A DNA stretch of 64,000 nt from Chlorokybus atmophyticus (GCA_009103225.1 RHPI01001737.1:1037489-1101488); one strand, 5' to 3'; numbered from the stretch's first letter, positions 43,301 to 53,723 are shown. Notes: generated from the sequence alone by a model not told the origin. Numbers and translations are program-made.

Positions 43301-44455
43301 CGCCAATGCCTTTGTCACCTCCGACATTGATGGCTCCGCTCTCACACTCGAGTGAGCTCCGACTGCCGCTCCTTGTTGTGGACGCAGCTCTGGATGCTTA
43401 CTCCAACACTTGGCATCAACATGCCCACCCTTCTTGCAATGAGAGCACACCACCTTCTTGCCTTTCCCACAATCCCTTGCAATATGGCCTTGCTCTCCAC
43501 ACGACCAGCATTTGGCACCCGACACACCTTCCACAACCGCGTTGTTGGCATGCTTGAACTCCTTTGGCTTCCCACCAGCTGCCTTGCTTGCCGCCGATGT
43601 TGCCGCGGGCTTGGAAGAGCTCTTCTCCTCCGAAATCTCAAGCAACTTCAACCCCCGACGCTGTCGGTCAATGTTCTTGAGGTACTCATGCTGAATTTCT
43701 GCCGTCTCGGCCACCTTGAAGACATCCGCAAGCGTGTATGTGCCAAACTCGGACTGAGTGGTCAACATGGTCTCCACCTTCAGCCTCAAGTCCGCCTCTA
43801 GTTGTTGAAGGTACACAACCGCCGCGGTCTGATCCGTCATCACCTTGTAGTTCGTGTCCGTCAAGAGCTTGAGCATGCGCGTATACATCATCCTCGCCGT
43901 CTCCCCGGCGTTGCGCTTGAAGAAACTCAGCTCACGAACCTTGGCGGGTGTTGATTGTGGGTAGGTCTTCCTCAAGAGCGCCTTGAACTCAGTCACGGGC
44001 TGCTCCTTCTTCCACTCCGCTTCAAACGCAGCCGGTGCGCCGAGCCGCAACGCCCTCTCCCTCACCTCCAGCTGCTCCTTGAACTCTCTCCACGTGCCAA
44101 GGGCTTCATCCTTGAGGTATAGAGGCAACATCTTGAAGGCTTTGTGCTCGTCCCACCCCGACTTGTCCCGATACTCCCACTTGACCATCTCGGAGTCGAA
44201 GCGGTCGATGAAGTCGCGTAGGTCCGCCGTGCCGGGCCTCCCACTGAATCTCGGTGTGCTATCCATGGTTGAAGCTGAATCAGCCATCTTTCCACCCTCG
44301 TCCTCGATGTCGGACTCCTCGTCACTCGACAACTCCACCTCTTCGGCGACGCCCTCCACCACCGGAGTGATCGTCCCTCTCGGCGCTCTTCTCTTCAAAG
44401 CCGCCTTCGTGGGTCTCTCGTGCCAGTCCTCACCAGATCTCAAAGGCATGAACAC
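37376..44455 (-). CDS. 2359-aa Gag-Pol polyprotein: Gag, 2 CCHC knuckles, aspartic protease, DNMT3-like C5 methyltransferase, RT, RNase H, integrase, PHD finger
   Basis: Knuckles CWSCGEQGHIARDC and CSHCKKGGHVDAKC, protease VLVDTGA, methyltransferase motifs LFGGIASG / GWECQGHS / ENV / AHRLR / LLGQAM, RT YIDD, RNase H TDWS and TDHQPL, integrase SLDLAG / TDQGTEF / GLAER, and PHD CERC...CDGC...WHMECL...WYCPAC. The ORF is uninterrupted. Confidence 0.97.
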   Translation of the reverse strand: MFMPLRSGEDWHERPTKAALKRRAPRGTITPVVEGVAEEVELSSDEESDIEDEGGKMADSASTMDSTPRFSGRPGTADLRDFIDRFDSEMVKWEYRDKSGWDEHKAFKMLPLYLKDEALGTWREFKEQLEVRERALRLGAPAAFEAEWKKEQPVTEFKALLRKTYPQSTPAKVRELSFFKRNAGETARMMYTRMLKLLTDTNYKVMTDQTAAVVYLQQLEADLRLKVETMLTTQSEFGTYTLADVFKVAETAEIQHEYLKNIDRQRRGLKLLEISEEKSSSKPAATSAASKAAGGKPKEFKHANNAVVEGVSGAKCWSCGEQGHIARDCGKGKKVVCSHCKKGGHVDAKCWSKHPELRPQQGAAVGAHSSVRAEPSMSEVTKALAAMQSEYASLKSMLERGKWPERGAEDKPSSSGGYLAYSALSGGTKVAAVATTRASARRNAAPAPPTRMVEEEAAPVREEGVDHDRMRAPAARMPMSFKLLPTTPLEQESSRSEGAKVQPTATATARHDVGVGGGGEHKRVGELLQMCVKLLEGAKMLSQQPATQANEENLELTAPLESVAAELVGQPLVCLKDLGVSKEHVVELLQSALDTTRTASTKSHDHMSKSHEDMVAQAGRMVARAELAAPEGSASASSSLTQLEDKLEEGVGSVGGMLAMLPATRPALREKISPNVAMVDNRGGHISLDGFVPDVVLVDTGAQPVILGARAVKGMGLSPKEWEPCPVMINTSAGTVEAVCSITVQPVDICLTAVGGATTSFKVRCLITDAKGYDVLLGQDFLFPVGGGVDNWIEQGFFRPRWRVGGGEKAYFPLSITQGGLERSPTSASAVWACLSRRSVKGWLGDSTDMYYDHVEEGESVLAHMEEGRPPELVYMAQTQSQELELASQHRAQRQQEAQDKVSQAWMKDVMALEPPLLPEGVRAVHPPINYNTVEWKVPEEGVVMVELFGGIASGLAAALNAGIKVRRYIYVDPSPTAQQGAQHHVRMLLKKYPDLLHEDAVKGFQSTWSQDICLIGPHQLAAIGHVHLLVAGWECQGHSRAGHGKGLMDARSSLFWELVRIINRIQQGQEQPMAYIVENVPAEDDKRKRVREDYQLVRHVLGHELVMDAARHGSRAHRLRVKWTNLAPVELLRTVQQEYSRPQGLTVNQVLEHGRTAQQVSKADRPPQEMVNQVGHDMAALPTLVTYPGSYAFRKGGPGLVWDSQNSRLEEPTAGERERAMGFLSGATAAPGLSEQQRRVLLGQAMDQNSMVWLMVVCLAAQELVASIMPMRQQARREPAPLSRGWEHGVHDEESKGVSFSPVTAASGKKAAVDGALKQEKATDQTMEWCIGEHVTPHEREWLEALLARKRDCFAYSTKELGVCNFYTMDIELTSPEPIFRRQYRLSKVEKEFVAEKCADLLEAGLIEESTSDFAAATVLPLKKDAQGNWTSRRMCGDYRPLNEKTKADRYPMPIPEAIFDDIGDAKVFSIVDLRQGFNQIAIKPEDCGKTAFWGVDQLYQWKVMPFGLKNAPVKFQRVMDRVLRGLPFARCYIDDILVFSHTMEEHLVHLERVFERVRESGMRCHPEKCLFGADRIPYLGHEIVPDGVRVQQAKVDALVQVPAPTDISRLRAFLGLANYYRRFVEGYSKIAKPLNELLKKDKAWCWSEECQRAFELLKEKLCTAPVLRRADYNRPFILHTDWSRLGIGAVLCQKDDDGKEYVVAYGSRSNNNAEANYSSYEGECLAVVWAIVHFRPFLYGRPFTLITDHQPLKWLMTNDKLTGKHARWALILQEYEFEIEHRAGVDNMDADGLSRNPNPSLLDESEARHDYGMPVAGFLAYRVASLLVLAGSVEACASMRANAAGESDNNGVMPPLEAAPAPTINDIEWEEAEASKDIWRDEQVLAHLKTGLFQAGCSTATRDRVWQRAQRYRWEGNHLVRLMPDGGVRIVPQPHERKPLVELLHERMGHFGVKRTLGLVQSAYWWAGMKSTVAEVVASCVECDRVKASFNAKHPQLHPLPIQGLFYRWSLDLAGDLPVSKRGNRYVLVMIEHFSKWVEVVALPSKESKLVAEAFLDQVLSRFGACAEVLTDQGTEFRGQFDDLLAQAFIDHRRTSRDHPQADGLAERMVQVVKKGLRKYCLNHNKRDWDLALPWLAMGYRMTRQAALSSYSPYFLLYGREPILPTSIRRQVEQELDLEDPNVWEKEMAKRAELFRCVMPIALGNLQVAQHRDTLRYARVRSGFYKPRLQKFQPGDFVYLQRKTKDTLDTSASRTILRVKKLLNNGVLLLEGADARTTKEHMKSCAPCHLPNVDDSVDPALAIPDVGHRCERCGRAEGWDTMLLCDGCVAGWHMECLRPPVEEIPDGTWYCPACTRT

Positions 44456-44750
44456 GCCTGCAACTCGCTTCTACCTCGAGCAAACTCAGCTGATGGGTTG
44501 GATGCAAGTGAAAGATGCGTGTCCCCTTGCAAAAGGTAGGCAAGTAGACCACAACTTGACTTGCAATCAGCCGTTCACTTGTGTAAAGCAGTCCCAACTC
44601 AATCCTCACTCAAAGTACATGCTAAGGCAGCCCATACGGTGCATCAAAGTCGCAACAGTGACACACACCCCTTCATGCACAGCAACGCACAGCAACGAAC
44701 ACGTGCACACACGCCATACATGCAAGCATGTGCACACGCATCCGCTCATC

Positions 44751-45302
44751 CAAGAACCTCTTCCCAAAGGTGTTGCTTGCACTCCAGTAGGCCAACTTGC
44801 ATCCAACCAAACTAGGAAACAGGCTAGCAAAGCCTTATATACCACCGTTGAGCTCAAGCCCAACCAACTCTCTAACTACCCTAACTGTCAATCTGCACCA
44901 GCATAGTAACAGTCATGGTGGCGTTGATAAGTAACGGTAAACAGTTAGGAAAGGCTTATACAAGCTCATCCTCTTCAAGTACACTTCAAGACGCATCTTT
45001 TGACGCCAACCCATGGCCAAACCGCCACTCCAACTGTAAGTTACGGCTTCTCAAAGTCACAACTCCGAAACAGCTGTGCGAGATACCATAGTGACCCAAA
45101 TATGCTGTCAGCTCCGTATCTGACTGTAGATACGCCTCGAACACACCTCCCTCACGTCCATGAGGACCCAAACATGAGTTCCCAATGAAAACCCAACACA
45201 TAAACCCTGTACAATGGCTATGAGAGCCAAAATCCCAAGGTCCATCCATGTCGCCAGCCCCGAGGGCATCATGCACATGACACTACATGCTCGCGCATGA
45301 CA
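44751..45302 (-). repeat. R1, 5' terminal copy (552 bp)
   Basis: Matches 36610-37161. It is not followed by R2 or by a TGG-type PBS. Confidence 0.95.
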
Positions 45303-45372
45303 ACCTGCCCGTAGCTTTGCAACCATACCTGGGGATATTGCTGCCAATCGCTGCAAGCTCAGTCTCTCACAG

Positions 45373-45403
45373 CGCCAACGCCGTGTAGTACACGGCGTTG
45401 GCG
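45373..45403. repeat. Perfect inverted repeat, 15-bp arms and 1-nt spacer
   Basis: CGCCAACGCCGTGTA-G-TACACGGCGTTGGCG. Confidence 0.95.
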
Positions 45404-46163
45404 ATCTGAAAAATACAGCACTGCAATGTATGGCGAGCAAGGGTGTGCTCGGCAGCAATGAAAGGGCGTGTTTCACAACAACTCAAATCCAGCGCTCTGA
45501 ATAGCTCTTACGCAGCGAGCTCACCTGGCACAGACTGACTGGAAGGGACGCACTCCTTGTGGTTCACATCCAATCCAACTATGAAATGGGAGATTCAAGA
45601 AACGTAACATATGTTGAACAGCACTTTCAGAAGTTGTCATGCAAGCTTGTACACCGTGTAGTGACTGCTTTGTTCAAGGCTTCAAGAGCAGAGCAAACAG
45701 CAGTCGGTGCCACACATTGTCTCTGTTATTGTTACAGCTTACAATAGCTTACAATATCTTTGACGACCTTGGTGCAAAGGCCTTTGCATTGTTCATAGCA
45801 CAAAGTCTACTGGTGCGCATAGACACTGGGGAAAGCAAGCCGAAATTGCTGCCATTGAAAGAATAAGCATGCATGCAACTAACACCAAGCTTGCTGGCAT
45901 AACACCTATGCACGTGCTGAAGCATGCTGCAGTGCCGCGAGTACATAATTTCAATAACTGCAAAACGCAGCAAGCAAAGTTGTCACGCAGGAAGCAGAGC
46001 GTCACCAACACAAAGCCAGCAAGCACTCCAACAACAAAGTTAGCGTGCTACAGCTAGTGAATAGTGAGCAAGCAAATTCCAAGTGCAGCGGCAAGCTTAC
46101 AGTTGTCACCAACAGAAACAAAACTATCGCTCCATCATTTTATCACATGATGGTCATGTGCTG

Positions 46164-46230
46164 CAGCTAGCTGAGCAGCAAGCAACTCTCAATCAAGTTG
46201 GTTGACAGTTGCTTGCTGCTCAGCTAGCTG
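46164..46230. repeat. Long hairpin: 24-bp perfect arms around a 19-nt partly self-complementary centre
   Basis: CAGCTAGCTGAGCAGCAAGCAACT ... AGTTGCTTGCTGCTCAGCTAGCTG. Confidence 0.9.
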
Positions 46231-48794
46231 TATGCTTCCAGCTGTCGTAGAGCTGAAACTACAGGCACCAATGAAACAAACCTAGCAAGCACTTGTTTCA
46301 GAAACATGAGCTGCGTGCTACAGCTATAGCTAGCTAGCTGAACATAAAAGCGTTCAGTAGGGTGCTTTCACGGTAAGCTGCAATCAATGTCACACTGACG
46401 GTGATGTGTATTCACCTTCAAGGTTGTCATGATGTGTGACTGGAGCACGCTCTTCAAGCCATACGGTGTGAGGAGACTGCAGCTGCAGACTGCCGCTCGG
46501 TGCTTTGTCGGCGCTCAGCTAGCCGTGCGTCCAGCTGAAGCAAGCGCAGTTTGCTTTCTCCTTCTCCTCCGCCTCTGCTACTACTACTGCTACTACTTGT
46601 CAAGCATCCTCCATTGTCATGGGATGATTGCATGAAGCACTGGCAGATTGTTTAATACAAACGTGGCTGCGCTTTCAACAGCTCTTGCCCAAGCTATGCC
46701 CCCCTGCCTGAACGTCGCCTTTGCCTGCTACTGCTTAAAGTTTGCCGCCTGCTTGCGGTTGCTACCTACTGCTGTAACTGCCGCCTACTACCACCGCCTG
46801 CTGAAAGCAATCACCTGGTATGCTGCTCAGGCTCTAGGCCCGTCCCATGCATGCGGCCATGCAATGCTTGTACACTAACGGGAATAACGATGCATTACCG
46901 CTAGATGTACATGCAAAAGATCGAAGTCACATCATTGGCACCCGAATCTATGAAAGCAAAAGGCGTAATTAGGGTTTGCCACGTGCATGCGGCAGCATGC
47001 ATGTGGTGCAGGGTTGTCGCCGTGCCGGCGGGGGAGTGGCTGCAAGAGCATGGGGACGAGGAAGGAGGTGGAAGAAACGTAGAGCAAGGAAAGAGCAGGA
47101 ACGCTGGAGGCGAGCAGGCCCTACTCATCATTGCCATGATGGCCACGGTATGTTTGATTGCTTGCTTTTTGCCTTGGCCAATGTTATAGTCTGGTGCAAC
47201 GAGCATGATTGACATCAGGAATATGCTACACAGTGCATTGACAGATCTGATTAAAGCGTAGTACCAGAATGACACATGCGCATCATGCGCTTGCAAAAAC
47301 GCAGTCAGCAGCCGCCAAGAACGGCGATGTGCACTGCGATGCTCTTTGTGCCGGAGCCCACCTCTTGGCCTGAATCACTGCCATGCACGTAATGCAAGTC
47401 ATGCATGGCATGCGGTGGTAGTCACTAGCAGCATTTTTCGTCCACACTTGTGCAACATACCTGTGTCCCATGTACACAGTATGCATACTAGTATGGTTTT
47501 CAATCGACGCACATAATGCGTTCACGTGGACAATCACACCGTGTGATGGGCCACAGCTACAGACGCACACATTAGGATCCCTGCATGCTCATACCACGCA
47601 TGCGCCATGCAACTGTCATTGCACCCGAGCACGCATGTGCATGCCCGCGCGCGCACAAGCCCACCCAGATGCGTGCACACAAGCGCACCCACATATAGGT
47701 GCTGATGAACAGTTCTGCTATTTCGGGAGCAGTCTCAGCAACTGTAGAAATGGTAGAGCACGTGGTGATTGTTATCCGTGAGGTCGCATATTGTGTGTGT
47801 GTGTGTGTGTGTGTGTGAAGAAAGGGAGAAGCAAACATTTGCGGGATTGAAGGACTCCTTCAATGGCGGCCATCGCGTGCAACAACAATAAAGACAGTTG
47901 TATCAGCAGGGGCGTTGGCAGGTTTGTGTCTTGTGTTGGTTTATGTGTGTGCGCGCGTGCGGGTGGGCGCGTGGGTGAGAGATAGTGACAGTTAACACAG
48001 ACGGGCAGCCTTCGTCAACAGCAGCTTCATTCTATACTGCGCACAATGAAGGCTCACCAGCCGCAGCAGTTGAAGGCGAGCCTGCAATGGCGGAACCGGC
48101 ATCAGCGTACTGCCAGCAGTGTGCTCGCAATTGCTGGTCGTCAGTTTGTGGTCGGCTGCTATCAACACTACTTGCATTGCCCCTGCTGCTCCCGCCAGAC
48201 TGGGATGGCTGCAGAAGGGCGTCAAACTGTCGACAAGACAGAAGGGCAAGGCAAAGGCGAAATCAGTAATTCAACGCAGACCTCTCAGTCTTCTGGTTAC
48301 TTCACGTCCATCCACGCATACATACATGATGACTTGGTTTCAGTCACAGTTATTCTGTAAGGACTCGGACCTTGAGCATTGGCCCTCTCTCTGATCAGAA
48401 GTTCACCGCTGAAAATCAGTTATGCAGCTGATAATCAGCACAAAACTACTGATTCAAGGGATGACCAGTGGACAAGATGAGATACTAACTACTGAGTTTC
48501 AGCTGTTTGTTCAGATGTGAACGTCTGACACCTGCTATTGCACTTAAGTTCAGCAGCTGACAACTTACTTTAAGACGGCAAGGACTGACGTTCAAGTGTC
48601 TGAAACAGGCAAGATTTTTGTAGTGTAGCCACGGTTCCGTGAGAAGCACACTATTCCACACGGCCAACGTTAACACTATTCAACTGCTGGTGTGGGTCGC
48701 AGCTGCGGTCTCTGAATGACAGTCACACGCGTCTCACTGGCGCAGCATAGTGTTGACACATATTGACACATATTCGCATCCCAGTTCATGTGTG

Positions 48795-49545
48795 CCGCCC
48801 CTTATATACATCACACTGTAACCCTCACCAGAACACTGCAGTGTCCAAACTGCCGTTGTTTCACCCGTCCTTCGTATACACACCATATACAAGGCCACGC
48901 CAAAAAGAACAAGTCACTTGGAGTCCCACCCCTCTCCCAGCCCTCAGCAGAGCAGCCACACCAACACATCACCTCTGTACACAAGTCCTCTTTCTTCTCC
49001 TACGACTCCTCGTCCTCCTCTTCATCCTCATCACGGCCTCCTCCAGCCCCCGCGCCATAGCCAGCCCCGCGGCCCCCTCCGAGCTCCTCCTCTGAGGAAA
49101 GAGGGGCCCCACGACGCCCGCCTGTGCCTGTGCCGGCGCCGGCGCTAGGACGTTGCTGCTGCTGCTGCTCCTCCTCCTCCTGCATCACGTCCTTCTGGTA
49201 CGCCGTGGGCTCCCTGCCGCCGGAAGTGTACTTGCCGGTGCGGTTGGGGTCCTCGCTGCGACGCTGGGGGGGAACACACAGAGAGTGAGTGAGTCAGTGT
49301 GTGGGGGTGGGGGTGGCTGAGTGTGTCAGGCATGCAAGAGAGGTTGAGAGGGGACAGGGATACTTGAGTGTGGTTGCATGCCCGTGCGCGCATGTTACTT
49401 GCACAGATGCGTGTCACGTGCTCGTCTGTGACATACAACCTCACTCACCTCTGCTGCCATCTCGTGGATGCGCTGTCCGCCCTTGTGCGCTCCGCGACGC
49501 ACGCGCTCTGGGGTCGTCGCCACCCTCAGCCATTGCGCTCCTGTT
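48795..49545 (-). repeat. Second copy of the spliced poly-Q/acidic gene fragment
   Basis: Homologous to 10995-11610, with the same donor site after EMAAE. Confidence 0.8.
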
Positions 49546-52198
49546 CTGGCTTGTGCTCTTGCGCCACAGCAACCTCTGCTGCCTTACGTCTGCGTGCAAA
49601 GCATTATGTTGTGGAGAAGGTGTCAGGGTAGGACACGGGTAAAGAACACGCTGTGCTGTCGTGCATGAGTGCATGCCAAGCGACACTAGACTAGTCACGA
49701 AGCATAAAGACAGCCCCACCGCTAAACTGCCAAGCTGCCTTGACGTAAAGACTGCATTTTGCCAACTTCTTCTCTCATCTCGTTTGGTTGTCGTTTGCAA
49801 GCTGCTTGAGAAAAGCTCGCAAGGCACCGTACATGCATGCATGATGATCATGCTTGGCAACAAAACCAGTTTTGAGCGTGCACATACTCAGTCACAAGAG
49901 CAGCCAGAAACACACAGACAAGCTTGTCCACAAGTCTCACCTTGACACCACTCGCCTTCACACCACAGTGAATCCAAGAAGAACAACCCTGTTTAGCTGC
50001 TCGCAGCGCTGCGTACGACAGACCTCCCCACGCTAAGCACCTTCAAACCCACAGCAGGCTTGGCTCTCTCCAGCATGGCGTTGCGCAGAGAGCCGAGTTG
50101 CTGCTCTTGCCAGTGTGTGCTGGTGATGGCTTGTCAAGGTAATGAGTGTTGCGTGCGTGTTGTGTGCTATCTACTGCTTTCCTGACACACAGACTCCCCT
50201 CTAGCGTGTCGGACTGGTTAGACCATCAGTGTGACAAGCTGGTTGTCTGGTCGGTTGGCAGAGTTTGACAGCCACTTACTGACGAGACAGGGGCAGGCGG
50301 CGGTGTACAGTATGACGTCACACCTTTCGTAATCAGCCTATGGGCAATGTTGTTGTTGGCAGGAGAGCCTGAGTGTGAGACAGTGCCTGCTCTCATTTAG
50401 CTATGGTGCTGGTGCCTTATAGCGGTGTCACTGCTCCCCACTCTCCGTACTGGTTATAGTCATGAGTGGTGCAGTGCCATGGCTCCAATAGTGCATCACG
50501 GGTGTGTAGCGTGGAAGCGCTACAGCGCGGATTGCACTGCCACAGTGCATATGCAGCGCCAGTCATTACTGTGCCAGACCCATCACTGAGTAGTGGTACT
50601 GGCACCGCTCACTGTAGTATAGTATAGTATAGTAGTATATCGCCTTAAGCAGCAACTTGAGTGGCGCACGTGCAAGCAATTGGTTGTGAACTGCACTGGC
50701 CGCCTTCGGCATGCGAGGAGTGCGCAGTTGTCGCGACCCAACGTGAATGGTTGTGTATTATTATCATTAACATCATCATCATTAGCAGCAGCAGCAGCAA
50801 TGGTATGCACGATAAATGCAATGCCGTGATTGCAACAAGCATCATTTGTGTGCTGATGGGACGTAAGCCTACGCAGTATACTCCTGCCTTACATGTGCTA
50901 CTGGCGCTGTGCTGAATTTCATATATGCACATGTATATACCAATGAACGTCTCATTTGTCAGTGCGCGTGTGCGTGCGCATGTGTACTTGTGCATGCGGC
51001 ACGTGCATACGGTATGCACGCATCTTGGATGGTCAGATTGTTGGCGAACCGTCACCGCATGCAAAGTAACAATTGAGTTACTATGACAGCTGACCAAACC
51101 CGTTTACACTTGCTGCAGTGCTGCGTTACATTCAAAATGATGTAGCCAATGATGCGCTTATGCTGCAAAACACGCAGCATACATAACCGGAACCTTCGCG
51201 CCGCACGCACGTGCATGCGCGGGTCTGTGTGCATGCACCACATACTACATTGCATTCTTTATGCACACACGCAGCTCACACTGCATCATCACAATATGTG
51301 GAGTGCGTGTAATGAGTATAATACAGTATGCAAGGATTGTGGCATGCATGAGAATGTAGCAAACATGCATGCAGTCCGCACACTGCACCATCGCACTCTT
51401 AGCATTCACCACCGGGATGTCCAAGCTCACTGCTTATCTACCTTCACTACTGCCCATACCCCGCGCAACACACATGCATGCACGTGTAATTACCTGTACA
51501 ACACGACCAGGGCAGCGTCAGTGATCATAATGGCACACATCATGATGGTGAAGCTCGTGCTGTTCTGCTCCTTCATCTCCTTGATCGCTACCCATGTTAG
51601 CCTGCGAACACAAGCATAACATCAAGTTGCTGTGTTGCAAGCCAATGCATTACAAGTCATCGTACTTGGGTGGCGGCAACCATGGTTGCCAGCGCCGCCA
51701 TTGGCAACCACATTGCAGGAGAAGACGGACTTGTCTTGTTCACTATCATCGCTTGTGCCGCTCTTGATGTAAACGTATGTGGCATGCGCGATGAAGACAG
51801 ACCATCTTCAAGCACTCCATGCATCCTCGATGTGTCTAACAACTTCGCAGCCGCGGAGAACTCAATGCCATCACAGAAGGTCTTCGATACTGGCAAGCCT
51901 TGAAGAATACTCAAGTCCCTGACATGACGCAGAGCCACTTGCCAAGCCATGCTCCTGCAAGAAACACCAAGATAAACACATGCACGCATGCATTGCACCA
52001 GCATACACGCATAGCCCACAATGCTGCAGACAGAGCAGCTAAACAGGCTGTTCACACACACACGCATCCCCCCACCTTGGCCACTATGCAGCACCTCACT
52101 CAAACACCACTTGCTCCCTTACTGCGCAATAGGCACTGCAGATGCAGAAACATGTTACACAATGCAATAGCAAGCTGCAATTGTTCACGCACGCACAA

Positions 52199-52256
52199 NN
52201 NNNNNNNNNNNNNNNNNNNNNNNNNNNNNNNNNNNNNNNNNNNNNNNNNNNNNNNN
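52199..52256. other. Assembly gap
   Basis: N run. Confidence 1.
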
Positions 52257-52852
52257 CCCCCCCTCCTCAAACGCAGTGTCTGCCGCAGCAGCAGCGGCTC
52301 ACGCATATGCCACCCCCACCCGCCCCCACCCACTTGCTTATATATTAATGAAAAACTGTGGCTAAGTACAGGTTTAACGGTGGAGACACCTTTGGCGGGT
52401 GGCGCAGGTCACCTGCTCGACAATAATGAAACGAGCGGAAAGGCAACTGATTGTAGAAATGAGTACAACACAACTACATTGCGTACGTATACACACCTGG
52501 CCTGGTGGCTTAGAAACTTGATCGTTTATAAGCACACACGCACACAATGTAGTCCCTGCTGCTGACACTCGCCTATGCTCAACGCACAAACAAAAGAGAC
52601 ATACACATGGTTTTTTCTGTGCTTTGGGTATGGAGGTACGTATACGGGATACAACTTGTTTCGGTCACATACACAACACCATGCAATACGTACAGCACTC
52701 GCTGCGTTGGCAGCAATGGTATTGTTAGCTTTCAAGCAGGGCCACAAGTTCTTGTTTCAATCAGACCAGTAATCACTCAACCTGCACAAGTACCGTGTGA
52801 ACTGTGTGTGAGTACTCATACGTACTACCATTACCTACAACACGGACAGACG

Positions 52853-52918
52853 TCAGGTGAGTGCGTGTTTGCCTGCGTGTATGTCGACATACACGCAGGC
52901 AAACACGCACTCACCTGA
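52853..52918. repeat. 66-bp perfect palindrome, no spacer
   Basis: TCAGGTGAGTGCGTGTTTGCCTGCGTGTATGTC|GACATACACGCAGGCAAACACGCACTCACCTGA. Confidence 0.97.
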
Positions 52919-53580
52919 GTTTGATGTCTTGGCTTGGCTTATCCATGCCCGTGTTCATGCGGTGGCAACACCTTCCGCACGAGTTAGTGCAGGTCACCTG
53001 TTAAGTGTAAACACACTAACCAAATGAGCGGCTTTGAAATGAGCATAAGGGTTGTGCAAATGCATAGTGTAAACACACAATAGCCTAATGTTGACAAGCC
53101 CATGCTACACAACGCAAACACACCCGCATGCTGCACATATTACAACGCACATGCACGTGACATCAACGCACACACGCAAGTGTCGTATTAACTTGACCAG
53201 CGAAGCAAGGAGTGAGAAAACAAGTTATCTAACCAGGGCCCTATTCACTGGTTTTAGAATTCAGCTAAATAGCTCTCCACTCTTGAACACAACAAGCATC
53301 GAGAACACTATCACTAATAGCGCCGCCGCCGCCTCCTCCAACTCCCACGCCGCCGCCCACGCCAGCAACGCCCAACCACACCAGAGTAAAGCTGCTGATA
53401 TCCAAGCCTTCGATAGGGCTCGATTTCAACAGCCTGCAACTGATATAGATACCAGTTAGGTGAGGGACTTATGATGTGCCGCTGATAGGCCGACCGGCAG
53501 AGACGCTGAGCGTCTCGGCCACACATACCACATCGTCTCTAGAGACGCTTTGGGTATGGAGGTACGTATACGGGATCAGA

Positions 53581-53723
53581 CTGGTTTTTGAGGGACCCAG
53601 CGTGACAATAACGTAACCTTTGGGCCAGCCTTGATCCCCGCGCGCAAACCACGGCGGGCGACCCTGGTCCGGATCCCAAGCCCCCCCGGCGTTTTTACCC
53701 AGGCTTGCGGAAAATTCCGTGTG
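53581..53723. repeat. Diverged inverted copy of 57035-57200, a putative DNA-transposon terminus
   Basis: Ends GCGGAAAATTCCGTGTG, matching the reverse complement of CACACGGAATATTTTCCGC. It also shares GGCGACCCTGGTCCGGA.CCCAAGCC and CGTGACAAT.ACGTA. Confidence 0.7.

Larger units (their letters stand above)
36497..45302 (-). mobile_element. Full-length Ty3/Gypsy-type retrotransposon with a DNMT3-like domain, PHD finger and split terminal repeats
   Basis: Ends are TG...CA, with ACCT at 36493-36496 and 45303-45306 (4-bp TSD). It has one intact gag-pol ORF. Repeat R1 lies at 36610-37161 and 44751-45302, and R2 at 36497-36610 and 37164-37277. Confidence 0.95.

Noticed and set aside
37451-43801. Plus-strand ORFs overlapping the gag-pol ORF
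   Set aside because: These are antisense shadows of a GC-rich coding region, with no independent motifs.
46900-52000. MULE/MuDR transposase remnant (SWIM-like YHRMPC...AV and scattered exon-like pieces)
   Set aside because: The motifs are too degraded and fragmentary to support a call by eye. A tBLASTn or HMM search of all frames would decide it.
35983-53070. One giant CACTA element from CACTAC (35983) to a downstream TAGTG
   Set aside because: No candidate right end has a matching 3-bp TSD or extended TIR.
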